61,616 bases of DNA from Bacilli bacterium (GCA_016283075.1 JAEEMF010000069.1:1-61616), one strand, 5' to 3'. Counted from the stretch's first letter, positions 16,771 through 27,472 are shown. Program-made: numbers and translations. Notes: generated by a model not told the origin, from the sequence alone.

Positions 16771-17511
16771 ATGAAATTAGAAGGTAAAACTGCTATAGTT
16801 ACAGGTGCATCTAAAGGACTAGGAAAAGCTATAGCTATAGAACTAGCTAAAGAAGGATGTAATGTAGTAATTAATTATCTTAGTGATACTAGTGGTGCAA
16901 GTAATACTTTAGAAGAAGTACTAAAATATAATGTAAAAGCATTTATTTACCAAGGTGATGTAATAGATGAATCGTCTATGAAAGAAATGGTAAATAAAAC
17001 AGTTAATGAATTTGGTAAAGTAGATATACTAGTTAATAATGCTGGTATAGCAAATGACTCTACTATAGAAGATAAAACTATAGAAGGCTTTAGAAAAGTA
17101 CTTGATACTAATTTAATAGGACCATTTATACTATCTAGATTAGTAGCTCCTATTATGAAGAACAATAAATATGGAAGAATAATTAATATATCTAGTACCA
17201 CTGGTATAGATACATATTATCCATATAGTTTAGATTATGATGCTTCTAAAGCAGGGTTAATTAATTTAACACATAATCTTGCTGAAATATATAAACCATA
17301 TATTAATGTAAACTGTGTATGTCCAGGATGGATGGATACAGATATGAATAAAGAATTAGATAAAGATTATATTGAAGAAGAATGTAAGAATATTAAACTA
17401 GGTCGTTTTGGAAAGCCTGAAGAAGTTGCTAAAGTAGTAGCATTCCTTGCAAGTAATGATGCTAGTTATGTAAATGATGCTATTATTAGAGTAGATGGGG
17501 GAGAAAAATAA
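16771..17511 (+). CDS. short-chain dehydrogenase/reductase, FabG-like
   Basis: TGASKGLG, NNAG and YDASK motifs. Confidence 0.85.
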   Translation: MKLEGKTAIVTGASKGLGKAIAIELAKEGCNVVINYLSDTSGASNTLEEVLKYNVKAFIYQGDVIDESSMKEMVNKTVNEFGKVDILVNNAGIANDSTIEDKTIEGFRKVLDTNLIGPFILSRLVAPIMKNNKYGRIINISSTTGIDTYYPYSLDYDASKAGLINLTHNLAEIYKPYINVNCVCPGWMDTDMNKELDKDYIEEECKNIKLGRFGKPEEVAKVVAFLASNDASYVNDAIIRVDGGEK

Positions 17512-18746
17512 TGGAAATAAAAGATAAAGCAGTAGAACTAGTAAATAACGCTGAATTAGAGCTAGATTCTATATTTAAAGAAATAGATAGATTAGAAGAA
17601 ATAAATAGTTTAAAAGTATTAAATGCTTTCCATAATGCTGAAATATCAGAAGCACACTTTAACTCTACAACTGGATATGGTTTTGGAGATATAGGTAGAG
17701 ATGCTATTGAAAAAGTATTTGCTGAAGTACTAGGAGCAGAAGATGCTTTAGTACGTAATCAAATGATTTCAGGATCACACGCTTTAACAGTATGTTTATT
17801 TGGACTATTAAGACCAGGAGATACTATGCTTAGTATTTCAGGACTTCCATATGATACTCTTCATGAAGTAATAGGTATCACTGATAATCCTAGCTCATTA
17901 AAAGCATGGGGAGTAGATTATAAACAAATAGATTTAGTAGATAATGATTTTGATATTGATGCTATTAAAGCTTGTTTAGAAAATAAAAAAATTAAGCTTA
18001 TAGAAATACAAAGATCTAAAGGATACTCTACAAGAAAAAGTTTAACTATTGATAAACTTGAAAGAGTTATAAAAGCTATTAGAGAAGTAGATAAAGAAGT
18101 TATTATTATGGTGGATAACTGCTACTGTGAATTTGTAGAAACAAAAACTCCTCTTGAAGTAGGAGCAGATATAATGGTAGGTTCACTTATTAAAAACTTA
18201 GGTGGAGGTATTGCTCCTAATGGTGCTTATATAGCTGGAAGAAAAGACTTAGTAGAACTTGCTAGTGAAAGACTTACAGTTCCAGGAGAAGGTAAAGAAG
18301 TAGGACCAACACTAGGAGTAAATAAATCATTCTTACAAGGAATATATATGGCTCCTCAAGTAGTTGCAGCATCCTTAAAAACAGCAATACTTACTGCTAA
18401 AGTACTTGAAGACTTAGGCTTTGATGTAGAACCTAGATATAATGAAAAACGAGCTGATATAGTAGAAAATGTTATATTTAGAGACCCAGAAAAACTAATT
18501 AGTTATGTAGGTTCTATACAGGAAGCATCTGCAATAGATGCTCATGCTAAAGCTGTTCCTACAGAAATGCCTGGGTATGAAGATTTAGTTATTATGGCAT
18601 CTGGTTCATTTACACAAGGATCATCTATTGAAATATCATGTGATGGACCTATAAGAGAACCTTTTATAGCATATCAACAAGGCGGTCTTACATATAAATA
18701 TGGTAAGATAGCAATAATGAATGCCGTAAGTAAATTAATCGATTAA
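17511..18746 (+). CDS. PLP-dependent YnbB-type (methionine gamma-lyase family / aluminium-resistance) protein
   Basis: N-terminal HFNSTTGYGFGDIGRD signature typical of YnbB-like proteins. Start overlaps the upstream stop (ATAATG). Confidence 0.7.
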   Translation: MEIKDKAVELVNNAELELDSIFKEIDRLEEINSLKVLNAFHNAEISEAHFNSTTGYGFGDIGRDAIEKVFAEVLGAEDALVRNQMISGSHALTVCLFGLLRPGDTMLSISGLPYDTLHEVIGITDNPSSLKAWGVDYKQIDLVDNDFDIDAIKACLENKKIKLIEIQRSKGYSTRKSLTIDKLERVIKAIREVDKEVIIMVDNCYCEFVETKTPLEVGADIMVGSLIKNLGGGIAPNGAYIAGRKDLVELASERLTVPGEGKEVGPTLGVNKSFLQGIYMAPQVVAASLKTAILTAKVLEDLGFDVEPRYNEKRADIVENVIFRDPEKLISYVGSIQEASAIDAHAKAVPTEMPGYEDLVIMASGSFTQGSSIEISCDGPIREPFIAYQQGGLTYKYGKIAIMNAVSKLID

Positions 18747-18766
18747 AGCACTTATGTGCTTTTTTT
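18745..18766 (+). terminator. rho-independent terminator
   Basis: AAAGCAC / GTGCTTT stem followed by a T-run. Confidence 0.65.
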
Positions 18767-18796
18767 GTGGTATACTTTATATAGTAGGTGACTATA

Positions 18797-19885
18797 ATGA
18801 ATGTAATTGAGTTTATTAAAAAATATGGTAATACTTCTTTTGAAGAGAAACCCTTAAATGATGCAGATAAACTTTTATTTGGACTTTTATCTTATGTATA
18901 TTATAATGGTGCTGCTCCTAAGTGTGAAAATGAAAAAAAGACTATTAAAGAAGTAGCAGAAACCTTCTTTGAAAGTAATACAAGAGAAAGTCTAAAAAAG
19001 AATATTCTTGCTATAAGAGGTTCTATTAAATTATTAAAACTTATTCAAAATAAAAAAAGATATCAAGATCTTTATATGTATAATGATACTTATATAGGAG
19101 ATGATTCTCAGCAGTTTTCAGCTATATGTATAGAAATAACTCCTAGTTTAATATATGTATCTTTTGAAGGAACTGATCAAAGAATAAGTGGATGGGAAGA
19201 AGATGCTAAAATGGCATACATGTTCCCAGTAAAAGCTCAAAGACACGCTATTAGATATTTAAATAAACATTTTTCATTTAAAAAATGTAGTATTATTGTA
19301 GGAGGCCACTCTAAAGGTGGTAATCTATCACTAGTAGCAAGTATGTATTGTAACTGTTTAGTAAGAAATAAAATAGTAGAAATCTATTCATTTGATGGAC
19401 CAGGTCTTACTAAAAAAATGATTGATTCTAAAAGATATAAAAGAATTGAAAATAGATTTTATCATGTAGTACCACATAACTCAGTAGTAGGTATGCTTAT
19501 GAGAAATGGTAATAACGATATCGTTATTAAAACTAGTGCTAGTGGAATATTAGGACACTACGCTGAAAGATGGCAATTTGAAGATCATAAGTTTAAAAGA
19601 GTTAAATTAAGTAGATCTTCTAGAGTAGTATATAATGGTATTCAAACATGGGTTGATAAGTACTCTAAAAAAGAATTTAAACTATTTACACAGCAGGTAT
19701 TTAGTCTTTTTAAAAAAGAAAATGTAACTAGTTTACTTGAAATATTTGAACATCCTAAAATATTAATTAATATTTATAAGAATACCCATGATTTAGATCC
19801 TATCGTATCAAATATGGTAAAAGACTTAATTGATATATTAGTAGATTATTCTAAAGAGGCATTTACCTCAATATTTAAAAGATAA
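18797..19885 (+). CDS. alpha/beta-hydrolase, lipase-like (DUF2974 / Mbeg1-like)
   Basis: GGHSKGGNLS nucleophile-elbow motif. ATG 18797 has better RBS spacing than GTG 18788. Confidence 0.65.
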   Translation: MNVIEFIKKYGNTSFEEKPLNDADKLLFGLLSYVYYNGAAPKCENEKKTIKEVAETFFESNTRESLKKNILAIRGSIKLLKLIQNKKRYQDLYMYNDTYIGDDSQQFSAICIEITPSLIYVSFEGTDQRISGWEEDAKMAYMFPVKAQRHAIRYLNKHFSFKKCSIIVGGHSKGGNLSLVASMYCNCLVRNKIVEIYSFDGPGLTKKMIDSKRYKRIENRFYHVVPHNSVVGMLMRNGNNDIVIKTSASGILGHYAERWQFEDHKFKRVKLSRSSRVVYNGIQTWVDKYSKKEFKLFTQQVFSLFKKENVTSLLEIFEHPKILINIYKNTHDLDPIVSNMVKDLIDILVDYSKEAFTSIFKR

Positions 19886-19908
19886 TTACTTAGATAATTA
19901 TCTTTTTT
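19880..19908 (+). terminator. rho-independent terminator
   Basis: AGATAATTA / TAATTATCT stem followed by a T-run. Confidence 0.65.
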
Positions 19909-19936
19909 AATGTTATAATAATACTGGAGGATTACT

Positions 19937-22315
19937 ATGGAAATAAAAGATAACTTACTAATAATTGGACCTTCATATTTAAGAAAGAATATACTTGAAG
20001 AAAATAAATTAAAACATAATATAAAGTATATAGATGAATATGAATTAATAGATAAAAATATATATACCTATAAAGACGGGGTACTATCTTACCTTGATAA
20101 GAAAGAAAATATCTCTCCAGAACTATGTAATATCTATTTAAATAATATGTATGATATAGATATTAATAAGAATTATAAGTCTAAAAAACTTAATAAACTA
20201 AGTGTTATAAAAAAAGACTTAATAGATAAAGGATATATTATCTTTAATGACAACTTTAAAAAGTATTTAACTAATAAAGATATCTTAGTACTTAATAATC
20301 ATTTTGATAAAAGAGTATCTAATATAATAAAAGAACTTGATAAAGTAAATCATATTACTTATGAAGAAGATAAAGCACCTTTAAAGAAAGATATAATAGT
20401 TAAAGAATGTCAAACTCTAGAAGATGAAGTTATTTTTGCTGCAACTTCTATAGTAGACTTAATTAACAAGGGAGTAGATATAAATAATATCTATATTAAT
20501 AAATTAAGTGATGATTATAAAGGAGTATGTATACGTATATTTGATATGTATGGAATTCCAACATCATTTAAGAAAAACAGTTTATATTCTATAGAAAGTG
20601 TAAGAAATTTGCTAGATAATATTTCCCTTGACGACAACATATTATCTATAAATGAAAAGTTAGGCTCGCTTGATAGTAAACTATCAAATAAACTTGTAAG
20701 TATCTTTAATAAATACGTTGATTTTGAATATTTTAGGGATGTAAAGGAAGAAATTATCTATGAATGTAAAAATACATTGGTAGATTTATATCCACTTGAT
20801 AGAAGTATTAAAGAAGTAAGTTATAAAACTAAATATTTAAATAGTAATGAATATATCTTTATATTAGGATGTAATGATGCATCTATTCCTTATGTATATA
20901 AAGATGATGATTTCTTAAGTAATGAAGAAAAGAAAGAACTTAATTTAAATAGTTCACTTAAGCTATCTAGATTAGAGGAATCTTATTTTATAGATTATGT
21001 AAATAGTAATAACGTAATACTATCTTATAAATTAAAAGATACTAGTAGTGAATATGCACCATCAAGTGTATTTAATAAGTATTCTAACTTTACAAAAGTT
21101 AACTACTGGTATGGATTTGATAATAAAGAGATTAATAAATTACGTCTTGGAAGTAAACTAGATAACTATTTTAAATATAATGAAGAAGATGACACATTAT
21201 ATTTACTTAGTAATATTAATCTTAATTATAAAGATTATGACAATAACTATACAAAGATAAATTTTGATACTATAAAAAGAGAAACTAATAATAAACTAAA
21301 TATATCTACATCTTTATCAGATGTATATTATGGATGTAAATTTAGATGTCTACTTAATAATATTTATAAAGTAGAAGAGTTTACTCCTACCGTAGCGCAA
21401 AAAATAGGATTATTCTTTCATGATGCATTATGTGAATATTTTAAAGATGGTAATGATTTAGATACTATTATTGAAAGTAAACTTGATAAATATTTTACTG
21501 ATGGTACTAAGAAAGAAAACTTTTATAAAGAAAAGTATTCTAAATCTTTAAACGAATTAGTAGGTATTATAGAACAGCATCTAAATAATACTAATTTTAA
21601 AAACACTTTCTTTGAAAAAAGAATTACTGTGGAAAAACCAAATGACTTAGGTATAAAAATAACAGGTGTAATAGACAAAATACTTACATTTGAAGACAAA
21701 GATAGTACTTATGTAATAGTAATAGATTATAAAACAGGTAATCCACATGACTTTAGAAATGCTGTATACGGTATAGATATGCAGTTAGGATTCTATTTCT
21801 ATTTAATAAATCATTCTAATTTATTTAAGAATCCTAAATTTGGAGGAATGTACCTTCAAAAGATTATGAATGATGTTCTAAATTATGATAAGAAAAGATC
21901 TTATGAAGAACAACTATCTAATTTATCTAAACTAAATGGATATACTACAGATAATGCATTTATTGTAAGTAACATTGATACTACTTTATCACCAGGTGAT
22001 AGTTCTCCTTTTATAGGAAGTCTTAAACTTACTAAAGATGGGGGATTTACAAAACAATCTAAAGTAATAAGTGATGATACATTTAAAGAAGTAATGGATA
22101 TTATTTCAAGTAAAATAGAAAGTGCAATTACTGATATAAATAAATGTGATTTTGAAATAAATCCTAAAGTATTAGATGGAAAGAATATTTCTTGTCAGTA
22201 CTGTACATTTAAAGATATTTGTTATAGAACGCATGATAATGAAGTAGAACTTGATAAAACGCTTAAGGATAACTTTTTAGGAGGTGAATCTAATGAAGAT
22301 GAAGCCGGAAAATAG
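19937..22315 (+). CDS. addB: helicase-nuclease AddAB subunit B (AddB/RexB), short form
   Basis: Sits directly upstream of addA and overlaps it. C-terminal PD-(D/E)XK block (VIDKIL...VIVIDYKTG) with four Cys (CKFRC ... CQYCTFKDIC) as in the AddB Fe-S nuclease domain. No Walker A at the N-terminus. Confidence 0.8.
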   Translation: MEIKDNLLIIGPSYLRKNILEENKLKHNIKYIDEYELIDKNIYTYKDGVLSYLDKKENISPELCNIYLNNMYDIDINKNYKSKKLNKLSVIKKDLIDKGYIIFNDNFKKYLTNKDILVLNNHFDKRVSNIIKELDKVNHITYEEDKAPLKKDIIVKECQTLEDEVIFAATSIVDLINKGVDINNIYINKLSDDYKGVCIRIFDMYGIPTSFKKNSLYSIESVRNLLDNISLDDNILSINEKLGSLDSKLSNKLVSIFNKYVDFEYFRDVKEEIIYECKNTLVDLYPLDRSIKEVSYKTKYLNSNEYIFILGCNDASIPYVYKDDDFLSNEEKKELNLNSSLKLSRLEESYFIDYVNSNNVILSYKLKDTSSEYAPSSVFNKYSNFTKVNYWYGFDNKEINKLRLGSKLDNYFKYNEEDDTLYLLSNINLNYKDYDNNYTKINFDTIKRETNNKLNISTSLSDVYYGCKFRCLLNNIYKVEEFTPTVAQKIGLFFHDALCEYFKDGNDLDTIIESKLDKYFTDGTKKENFYKEKYSKSLNELVGIIEQHLNNTNFKNTFFEKRITVEKPNDLGIKITGVIDKILTFEDKDSTYVIVIDYKTGNPHDFRNAVYGIDMQLGFYFYLINHSNLFKNPKFGGMYLQKIMNDVLNYDKKRSYEEQLSNLSKLNGYTTDNAFIVSNIDTTLSPGDSSPFIGSLKLTKDGGFTKQSKVISDDTFKEVMDIISSKIESAITDINKCDFEINPKVLDGKNISCQYCTFKDICYRTHDNEVELDKTLKDNFLGGESNEDEAGK

Positions 22316-25300
22316 TACATGGACTGATGAACAGTGGGAAGCTATTACTCATGAAGGAGAAAATACTTTAGTATCAGCAGGAGCAGGTTCTGGTAAAACA
22401 GCTGTACTATCTACAAGAGTAATTGAAAAGATAAAAGATGGAATGTCTATCGATAAGTTAATACTTATTACCTTTACAAATGCTGCCGCATTTGAAATGA
22501 AGACACGTATTAAAGATAAATTAGAAAAACTTATAAAAGAAGACCCATCATATAAAGAACAACTAGATCTTTTAGATCAAGCATACATTACAACATTTGA
22601 TGGCCTAGCTTTATCTCTTGTAAAGAAGTATCACTATCTCCTAGGAGTAGATAGATCTATTAATATTATTGATAATGTTGATCTAAATATGAAGAAAAAA
22701 GCATTATTAGATCAAATTATTGAAGATTCTTATGATAATAAAGAGTTTACAGATATGCTAGATATTTACACTAATAAAGATGATGAAAGTATAAAAGAAA
22801 TAATATCTAGTTTCTATGATTCTATGGATATTATTCTAGATAAAAAAGAATACTTAAATACTTATATTGATAAATATTATAGTAAAGAAGCACTTCTTAA
22901 TTATTTAACAAGTTATATGGATATTATCTATAGAACAAAAGAAATAATTATTAATATGGTGGATAATTTATCATCATTTAAAGATAACTTTGATAGAATT
23001 ATTAAATTTAAATTAGCAGTTGAGCCTCTAAAAGAAGCTAAAAACTATCAAGATATAAAATATACTATAAATGAAATATCATTTCCTATTATGTCTAAAA
23101 AACTAGAACTAGATGAAGAAGATAAAGAAGCACTAAAAAAATATAATAAAAAGATTACTGAATATAAAGATTCTTTAAAAGATTTAACATCGTATTCTAG
23201 CTTAGAAGAAATAGAAGAAGAAATATTAGAAACAAAACCATTTGCTAAAGTAGTCGTAGATATTCTTTTAAAACTAGATTCTAAAGTTGAAGAATATAAA
23301 AGAAGTATTAATTCGTACTCATTTAGTGATATAACAAGACTTGCTATAAAACTTCTTGAAGGAAATGAAGAAGTAAGAGATTCTATTAAAAATAATACTA
23401 AAGAAATAATGATAGATGAATATCAAGATACTAATAGAATAGGTGACTACTTAGTAAGTTTAATAAGTAATAATAATGTTTATATGGTAGGAGATGTAAA
23501 ACAATCTATTTATAGATTTAGATATGCTGATCCTAGTATCTTTATGGAAAAATATCAAAACTATAAAAATGGTAATGGTGGTCATGTAATAGATTTAAAT
23601 AAGAACTTTAGATCTAGAGATGAAGTACTATCTTCTATAAATGATATCTTTGAATATATCATGGATGAAGATGTTGGCGGAGCAAACTATTCTATTGGAC
23701 ATAAAATGATTTTTGGATTCTTAAAATTCTTAAATCTTGTTAAAAGTAACTATAATCTAGAAGTATATGATTATAGTACTGAAGAAGAGTATAGTAAAGG
23801 TAAATCTAAGGATATAATAGAAGCCTTTATAATAGCAAAAGATATTAAAAATAAACTAAGTAGTGGTATGGAAGTATATGATAAAGAAGAGGGTATTAGA
23901 CCTATACAGGAAAAAGATTTCTGTATAATAGCCGCATCTAAAACACATTTTGATACCTATAAAAAAGTACTTGATTACTATGGTATAAAGTCTCTTTTAT
24001 ATAAAAATGAAGAATTCTCTTCATCAAATGAAATATATGTTTTAAGAAATATATTAAAACTAATTAATAATATTAAAAATAATGAGGATATTAAATATCC
24101 ATTCTTATCTATAGCAAGATCTTACTTATTTGATTATAAAGATAATGATATCTTTACTAGTATTACTAATAATGATATGAGAAGTAATCCTATATTTAAA
24201 GATTTATTTGATAAGATAGATAACCTTGTAATTAAAAGCGATAATGAATCTATAAGTAATTTACTTTTATCTATATATAAAGAATTTGATATGTATTCTA
24301 AATCTATTAGAATAGGTAATATTGATTCTATAACAGTTAAACTAGATTACTTAGTAAAGAATGCTAAGAATTTAGAAGAAGTAGGGTATACACTTTCTGA
24401 TTATATAGAATATTTAAATGATATTTACACAGGAAAACTAGATATAGAAATGGATAATAAACCTGATCCTAAGACAAATGCTGTTAAGATAATGACAATA
24501 CATGCATCTAAAGGATTAGAGTTTCCTATATGTTATTTTCCAGATATGTATAAAGAATATAATGATAGAGATTTAAACTCTAAGTTTATGTTTGATTATA
24601 AATATGGATTTATAATGCCAGTATTTAATGAAGGTAAAAAAGATACTATTATTAAAACACTAGCAAAAGATAACTATTATAAAGAAGATAGGTCTGAAAA
24701 AATAAGAACTCTTTATGTAGCGCTTACTAGAGCTAGAGAAAAACTTATTATAGTAGCACCTCTTTCTGAATCTAAATACTTAGAACTGCCATTTATAAAT
24801 GGTAAAGTATCAAAGTTAGAAAGAGTAAAACATAAAAGTTTCTTAGATGTACTTGGTAGTATTAAATCAGTACTTAAAAAATACATAACTCATGTTAATT
24901 ATGAAGTAGATACTAATTATTTAAAGACTTCTAAAAAAGATATTACTAAGATAAAGAAATTACCTTATAAGTTTAATGAAAAGTATTTAAATATAGATAG
25001 TAGTATTACAGAAGAAAAAAGTTATTCCCATACTAGAACTGAAATAAAGAAAATAGATTCTTCTTTTGGTACATATATCCATGAAGTATTAGAATACTTA
25101 GATTTTAATAATCCTAAAGAAGATATAAATAATTATAATGTGGATAACTTTATGAAGAGTAAAATACTTAAACTATTTGAGGCGCCTTTTATAAATAAGG
25201 ATGCTAAAGTATATAAAGAATATGAATTCTATAATAACGATACTAAAGGTATAATAGACTTACTTCTAGAATATGAAGATAAGTTTATAGTAGTAGATTA

Positions 25301-25439
25301 TAAGCTTAAAGATATAGAAGAAGATTATTACGTAGAGCAAGTTAAAGGATATATGGAATATATAAAATCTATTACAAGTAAAAAAGTAGAAGGATATCTA
25401 TATTCTGTAATAGATTCTACTTATAAAGAAATAAAATAG
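22293..25439 (+). CDS. addA: ATP-dependent helicase/nuclease AddAB subunit A
   Basis: UvrD-family motifs AGAGSGKT, IDEYQDTN, TIHASKGLEF and VALTRAREKL. C-terminal RecB-type nuclease block (GIIDLL...VVDYK). ATG 22293 lies 8 nt after AGGAGG. Confidence 0.9.
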   Translation: MKMKPENSTWTDEQWEAITHEGENTLVSAGAGSGKTAVLSTRVIEKIKDGMSIDKLILITFTNAAAFEMKTRIKDKLEKLIKEDPSYKEQLDLLDQAYITTFDGLALSLVKKYHYLLGVDRSINIIDNVDLNMKKKALLDQIIEDSYDNKEFTDMLDIYTNKDDESIKEIISSFYDSMDIILDKKEYLNTYIDKYYSKEALLNYLTSYMDIIYRTKEIIINMVDNLSSFKDNFDRIIKFKLAVEPLKEAKNYQDIKYTINEISFPIMSKKLELDEEDKEALKKYNKKITEYKDSLKDLTSYSSLEEIEEEILETKPFAKVVVDILLKLDSKVEEYKRSINSYSFSDITRLAIKLLEGNEEVRDSIKNNTKEIMIDEYQDTNRIGDYLVSLISNNNVYMVGDVKQSIYRFRYADPSIFMEKYQNYKNGNGGHVIDLNKNFRSRDEVLSSINDIFEYIMDEDVGGANYSIGHKMIFGFLKFLNLVKSNYNLEVYDYSTEEEYSKGKSKDIIEAFIIAKDIKNKLSSGMEVYDKEEGIRPIQEKDFCIIAASKTHFDTYKKVLDYYGIKSLLYKNEEFSSSNEIYVLRNILKLINNIKNNEDIKYPFLSIARSYLFDYKDNDIFTSITNNDMRSNPIFKDLFDKIDNLVIKSDNESISNLLLSIYKEFDMYSKSIRIGNIDSITVKLDYLVKNAKNLEEVGYTLSDYIEYLNDIYTGKLDIEMDNKPDPKTNAVKIMTIHASKGLEFPICYFPDMYKEYNDRDLNSKFMFDYKYGFIMPVFNEGKKDTIIKTLAKDNYYKEDRSEKIRTLYVALTRAREKLIIVAPLSESKYLELPFINGKVSKLERVKHKSFLDVLGSIKSVLKKYITHVNYEVDTNYLKTSKKDITKIKKLPYKFNEKYLNIDSSITEEKSYSHTRTEIKKIDSSFGTYIHEVLEYLDFNNPKEDINNYNVDNFMKSKILKLFEAPFINKDAKVYKEYEFYNNDTKGIIDLLLEYEDKFIVVDYKLKDIEEDYYVEQVKGYMEYIKSITSKKVEGYLYSVIDSTYKEIK

Positions 25440-25479
25440 TTATTTACTTTTTAAAAACTTGTGATAAAATATACTTATA

Positions 25480-25667
25480 AATCAATGACGAAGACTAGTA
25501 GTAAAATGATTATTAATAGAGAACTTATGGCTGGTGGAAATAAGTAATATAGTTTTATGAATCTACTTCTAAGAGGAACTAATACTTCCCGGTGATGAGC
25601 CGTTATCTAATTAAGTATATAAAAGGATGGTACCGCCTATATAGGCTCCTTATACCATTCTTTTTTT
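25480..25667 (+). promoter_or_regulatory. T-box leader, probable Ser specifier (UCU at 25562-25564)
   Basis: Stem-I AGAGA (25518-25522) and GCUGGUGGAAA. T-box sequence AAGGATGGTACCGCC (25623-25637). Overlapping terminator hairpin followed by T7. Aligns position-for-position with the proS leader, where the equivalent codon is CCU. Confidence 0.8.
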
Positions 25668-25683
25668 GTTAGAAAGGTGCAAT

Positions 25684-26136
25684 ATGATTAAATTACATGA
25701 TGATGAAATAGTCCTTGATTTATCTATAGAGTTTGAAAATTCTTTATTCTTTCATATAAATAGAAAAGAAGATAATAAACATATAGGTAATTGTGGACTT
25801 AGACTTGATAAGAATAAAAATAATTATATATTAGGAAATATTGAGTATGAAGTATTTAATGAGTACCAAGGTAATAACTATGCTTATAAGGCATGTTTAC
25901 TTCTTGGAAAAGTAGCTTCTATGAAAGGAGCAACTTCTTTAATACTAACAGCAAATCCTGATAATATAGCATCTATTAAAACAATAGAAAAATTAGATGT
26001 AAAACATTTAGAAGTAAAAAAAGTACCTAAATCACATTACTTATATAAGAAAGGTGATAGGTACGTAACTATATATGAATGGAATATAGAAGGAGAGAGA
26101 AAAAATGATAGACATAAAATTAATAAGAGAAAATAA
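25684..26136 (+). CDS. GNAT-family N-acetyltransferase
   Basis: YEVFNEYQGNNYAYKA acetyl-CoA-binding-like segment; ~150 aa. ATG 25684 follows AAAGGTG. The ORF-track TTG 25666 lies inside the T-box terminator. Confidence 0.65.
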   Translation: MIKLHDDEIVLDLSIEFENSLFFHINRKEDNKHIGNCGLRLDKNKNNYILGNIEYEVFNEYQGNNYAYKACLLLGKVASMKGATSLILTANPDNIASIKTIEKLDVKHLEVKKVPKSHYLYKKGDRYVTIYEWNIEGERKNDRHKINKRK

Positions 26137-27391
26137 AGACTTAGTAAAAGAAAACATTAAAAAGAAATTTCAAGATGAAAAATTAAAACTAGTTGATGAA
26201 GTATTTGATATGGATGAAAAGGTTAGAAAAGTACAGTTTGATGTAGACAACCTTAAAGCTGAAAAAAATAAAATATCAAAAGAAATTGGTATGTTAATGG
26301 GACAAGGTAAGAAAGATGAAGCTGAAAAAGCTAAAGCTAGAATTGCTGAAATCTCAAATGAAATTACTAGTGGTGAAGAAGAAAAAGTTAGACTAGATGA
26401 AGAAATCAAATCTAGAATGATGGTTATTCCAAATATTATTGATGAATCAGTACCAGTAGGTAAAGATGATTCTGAAAATGTAGAAGTAGAAAAATTTGGA
26501 GAACCAGTAGTACCATCATATGAAATACCATATCATGCAGATATCATTGATAGATTTAATGGTCTTGATAAAGAATCAGCAGGACGTACTTCAGGAGAAG
26601 GATTCTATTATTTACTAGGTGATGTAGCAAGACTTCATGAGGCTATGATAGCATGTGCAAGAGATTACATGATTGATCATGGATTTACTTATGCTATACC
26701 TCCATTTATGATTAGATCAGATGTTGTAACAGGAGTTATGTCATTTGCTGAAATGGAATCAATGATGTATAAAATTGAAGGTGAAGATTTATACTTAATA
26801 GGTACTTCTGAACACTCAATGATAGGTAAATTTAAAGGACAAATGCTTAAAAAAGATACTTTACCTATTAACTTAACTTCTTATTCTCCTTGCTTTAGAA
26901 AAGAAGGAGGGTCACACGGTCTAGAAGAAAGAGGTTTATACCGTGTACATCAATTTGAGAAACAAGAAATGATCGTTATCTGTGAACCAGAAGATTCTAT
27001 GGAATGGTATAACAAGATGTGGAAGCTTACTGTTGATTTATTTAGATCATGGGATGTTCCAGTAAGACAACTTGAATGTTGTTCTGGAGATTTAGCAGAT
27101 CTTAAAGTTAAATCATGTGATATTGAAGCATGGAGTCCAAGACAACAAAAATACTTTGAAGTTGGATCTTGTTCAACTTTAGGAGATGCTCAAGCTAGAA
27201 GACTTGGTATTCGTGTAAAAGGAGAAAATGGTAACTACTATCCACATACATTAAATAATACAGTAGTTGCAACTCCAAGAGGATTAATTGCTTTAATAGA
27301 AAACAATTATCAAGAAGATGGTTCTGTATTAATACCAAAAGTATTACAACCATATATGGGTGGAAAAGAAAAAATTGTTCCAGTTAAATAA
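26105..27391 (+). CDS. serS: serine--tRNA ligase
   Basis: N-terminal MIDIKLIREN coiled-coil arm and class II core; typical 428 aa. Confidence 0.93.
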   Translation: MIDIKLIRENKDLVKENIKKKFQDEKLKLVDEVFDMDEKVRKVQFDVDNLKAEKNKISKEIGMLMGQGKKDEAEKAKARIAEISNEITSGEEEKVRLDEEIKSRMMVIPNIIDESVPVGKDDSENVEVEKFGEPVVPSYEIPYHADIIDRFNGLDKESAGRTSGEGFYYLLGDVARLHEAMIACARDYMIDHGFTYAIPPFMIRSDVVTGVMSFAEMESMMYKIEGEDLYLIGTSEHSMIGKFKGQMLKKDTLPINLTSYSPCFRKEGGSHGLEERGLYRVHQFEKQEMIVICEPEDSMEWYNKMWKLTVDLFRSWDVPVRQLECCSGDLADLKVKSCDIEAWSPRQQKYFEVGSCSTLGDAQARRLGIRVKGENGNYYPHTLNNTVVATPRGLIALIENNYQEDGSVLIPKVLQPYMGGKEKIVPVK

Positions 27392-27413
27392 GAGTACGAA
27401 AGTACTCTTTTTT
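27305..27413 (+). repeat. direct repeat copy 1: serS 3' end plus terminator
   Basis: Repeated at 31550-31658 (offset 4245 bp). About 78 nt are identical, after which the copies are near-identical. Confidence 0.9.
27390..27413 (+). terminator. serS terminator
   Basis: AAGAGTAC / GTACTCTT stem followed by a T-run. Confidence 0.75.
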
Positions 27414-27472
27414 CTTTTATTGACTTGATATAGATATATATATTAAAATATAGATAGAATAGGAAAATATGT

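Noticed and set aside
16079-17201. Minus-strand ORFs 16079-16378 (in der) and 16947-17201 (in the SDR gene)
   Set aside because: They lie antisense to highly conserved genes and have no independent signals.
26170-26409. Minus-strand ORF inside serS
   Set aside because: It lies antisense to the serS coiled-coil region. Its Ser-rich low-complexity translation is an artefact.
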